Made by a program: the position numbers and the translations under genes
In this document: one piece after another, positions 62,740 through 64,000 of the stretch
Numbering within the stretch: position 1 is the first letter of the stretch
Layout of the letters: every line of letters begins with the position of its first letter
From: Camelus dromedarius
Taxonomy: Eukaryota
DNA length: 64,000 bases
Reading direction: 5' to 3'
NCBI RefSeq assembly: GCF_036321535.1
Contig: NC_087437.1
Span: 81,222,001-81,286,000, forward strand
The notes under the pieces: model-generated
Database searches by the model: none
Told to the model about the DNA's origin: nothing
What the model saw: only the letters and a program-made list of their open reading frames with translations

Positions 62740-62820
62740 CTCCTTTAGAGACACGAGGCAGCCCTTTCATTCCTATGATTTCACCGAGTTCTAGTCAAGA
62801 GGAGCTGCAAACCACTCTGG
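62740..62820 (+). CDS. ABI3BP: ABI3BP exon, 81 bp, (A)PLETRGSPFIPMISPSSSQEELQTTL
   Basis: ttttttgcag acceptor, G|gtaaat donor. Confidence 0.92.
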
Positions 62821-63369
62821 GTAAATTTGTTTTGCTATTCCAGCCCCCTGTGAGGGCTTACATTTTAGGGATTGTCCTTAAGGAAGCCATGCATACAGTG
62901 TGTTCATGTGTTTCAAAACCACAGAGGGTCTCTTTTGACCATCATAAAAAAAAACATTTCACTTGATTCTTTTACATTAACTGTATATTTGTCCTTCTAA
63001 TATTTATGCTGATTTTAATATGAAATGAGAATACTTTAAAACATCTTGACAAAAATTTCAAGCACTTGAAAAAGAAGAATGTTCCCTAAGTATATCAGTG
63101 CTATACTTTTTTTGTTGCTTTTTCCAAATATTTGAAACTTTACTTGGGAAGAAAAATTTCACCTAGTATTTAAAATTTCATGGGTGCTGAGCAACAGGAG
63201 TCCCCAAATAAAACTGTTTTAAAGGTGAGTCTATCCCAGAGAGCTTGCTGTCTAATATGAAGACAGGATTTAGCAATAGTTGTGTTTTCTCTTACCACCC
63301 AGGGTTCCACATGTATTTTGAAATTTAAGCCACCTAACAACATTGTCAGATAGTTTCTCTTACTGGCCC

Positions 63370-63480
63370 CCATTTTAAAGATTAGAGAATTGAGGCATAG
63401 AGAGATTTAAAAATCTAGCCAAGTTATACAGCTAATGTCAGAGCCAAACTGGAAGCCACACACTCAGTCACCAGAGTTCC
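63370..63480. mobile_element. MIR SINE fragment
   Basis: cccattttaaagattagagaattgaggcatagagag...aagttatacagctaat...gagcc MIR core. Confidence 0.65.
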
Positions 63481-64000
63481 TGGAATTCACCCCCATGTTC
63501 TACATTACAGTGAGTACCAGAGAGAAATGAGCAGCATGCTGAACAAGCAAACTACTAGGGGTATCAGGGAAGGCTTCACAGAGGAGGTGACATAGACGCT
63601 GGGTCTTCAAGTCGGAATGAGACTGAAAATTAAAGGTGTGAAGGGTCCTTTCGGGTTAAAGGCAGATGAGGAGGAGGCACAGGTCAGGAGTGGAGACCAT
63701 ACTGCTCTGATGAGCATGTGGGTGGCCTGGACAAACGCAGATGGATGAATGAGTCAGGAAGTTTGGTTGCGATGAGCAGGCTGTGCTTTCGAGGAGTTGA
63801 GCATCAATGTGTCCACTGTGTGGGAAACCCCAGTTTGCCTGACAGTTGGCTAAAAATGAACCAGAAAACAAGAGTTCCTGGCTTGTGTTTGTTGGCTCCT
63901 CTGCCCTGTCCAGGCTAGGTCCCATGTGGCTGTGCTTAAATCAGTGGCTTTATTTCCCTCCCTTCATCCCTTTTCAGATAAACCCACCCTTTGTGTGTGT

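Larger units (their letters stand above)
2775..62820 (+). other. ABI3BP: Internal segment of the ABI3BP (TARSH) gene: array of ~46 small phase-1 symmetric exons encoding the Pro/Thr-rich repeat region; gene start and end lie outside the window
   Basis: Spliced exon peptides (e.g. PPKTSRTLEQPRATL, KRRPRPK, DYVYPAAKAP, APLETRGSPFIPMISP) match the order and content of mammalian ABI3BP as recalled; consistent pyrimidine-tract-AG and G|GTA borders. Confidence 0.93.

Noticed and set aside
921..63925. Supplied six-frame ORFs as independent genes
   Set aside because: Short chance ORFs in intron sequence; some overlap real exons, and those at 54.0-54.9 kb derive from L1

Overview
Mammalian genomic DNA (AT-rich, intron-dominated). 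The L1 3'-end sequences and the absence of recognisable Alu, B1, Bov-tA/A2, PRE-1 or SINEC elements suggest a non-ruminant artiodactyl, probably a camelid (inference). The window lies inside one + strand gene, recognised from translated exons as ABI3BP (TARSH/NESH-BP), covering its central Pro/Thr/Lys/Arg-rich mucin-like region. Reading AG/GT borders by hand gives about 46 candidate exons of 42-99 bp. All are multiples of 3 in symmetric phase 1, so each can be skipped, duplicated or lost without a frameshift. The supplied ORF track misses them. Main observations: (1) a four-copy tandem duplication of a ~3.5 kb three-exon module at ~20.1-35.0 kb, with mosaic identity including a ~1.8 kb near-identical tract; (2) dead, fossil, deleted and possibly rescued exons; (3) a built-in in-frame backup acceptor 12 nt inside the 60-bp exon family; (4) no exon donor with the consensus +5 G; (5) a 77-bp ~90% identical inverted repeat and a candidate 12-nt microexon in the 55-61 kb intron. 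Exon usage cannot be proven without RNA data. Comparisons with human ABI3BP are from memory, not from an alignment.
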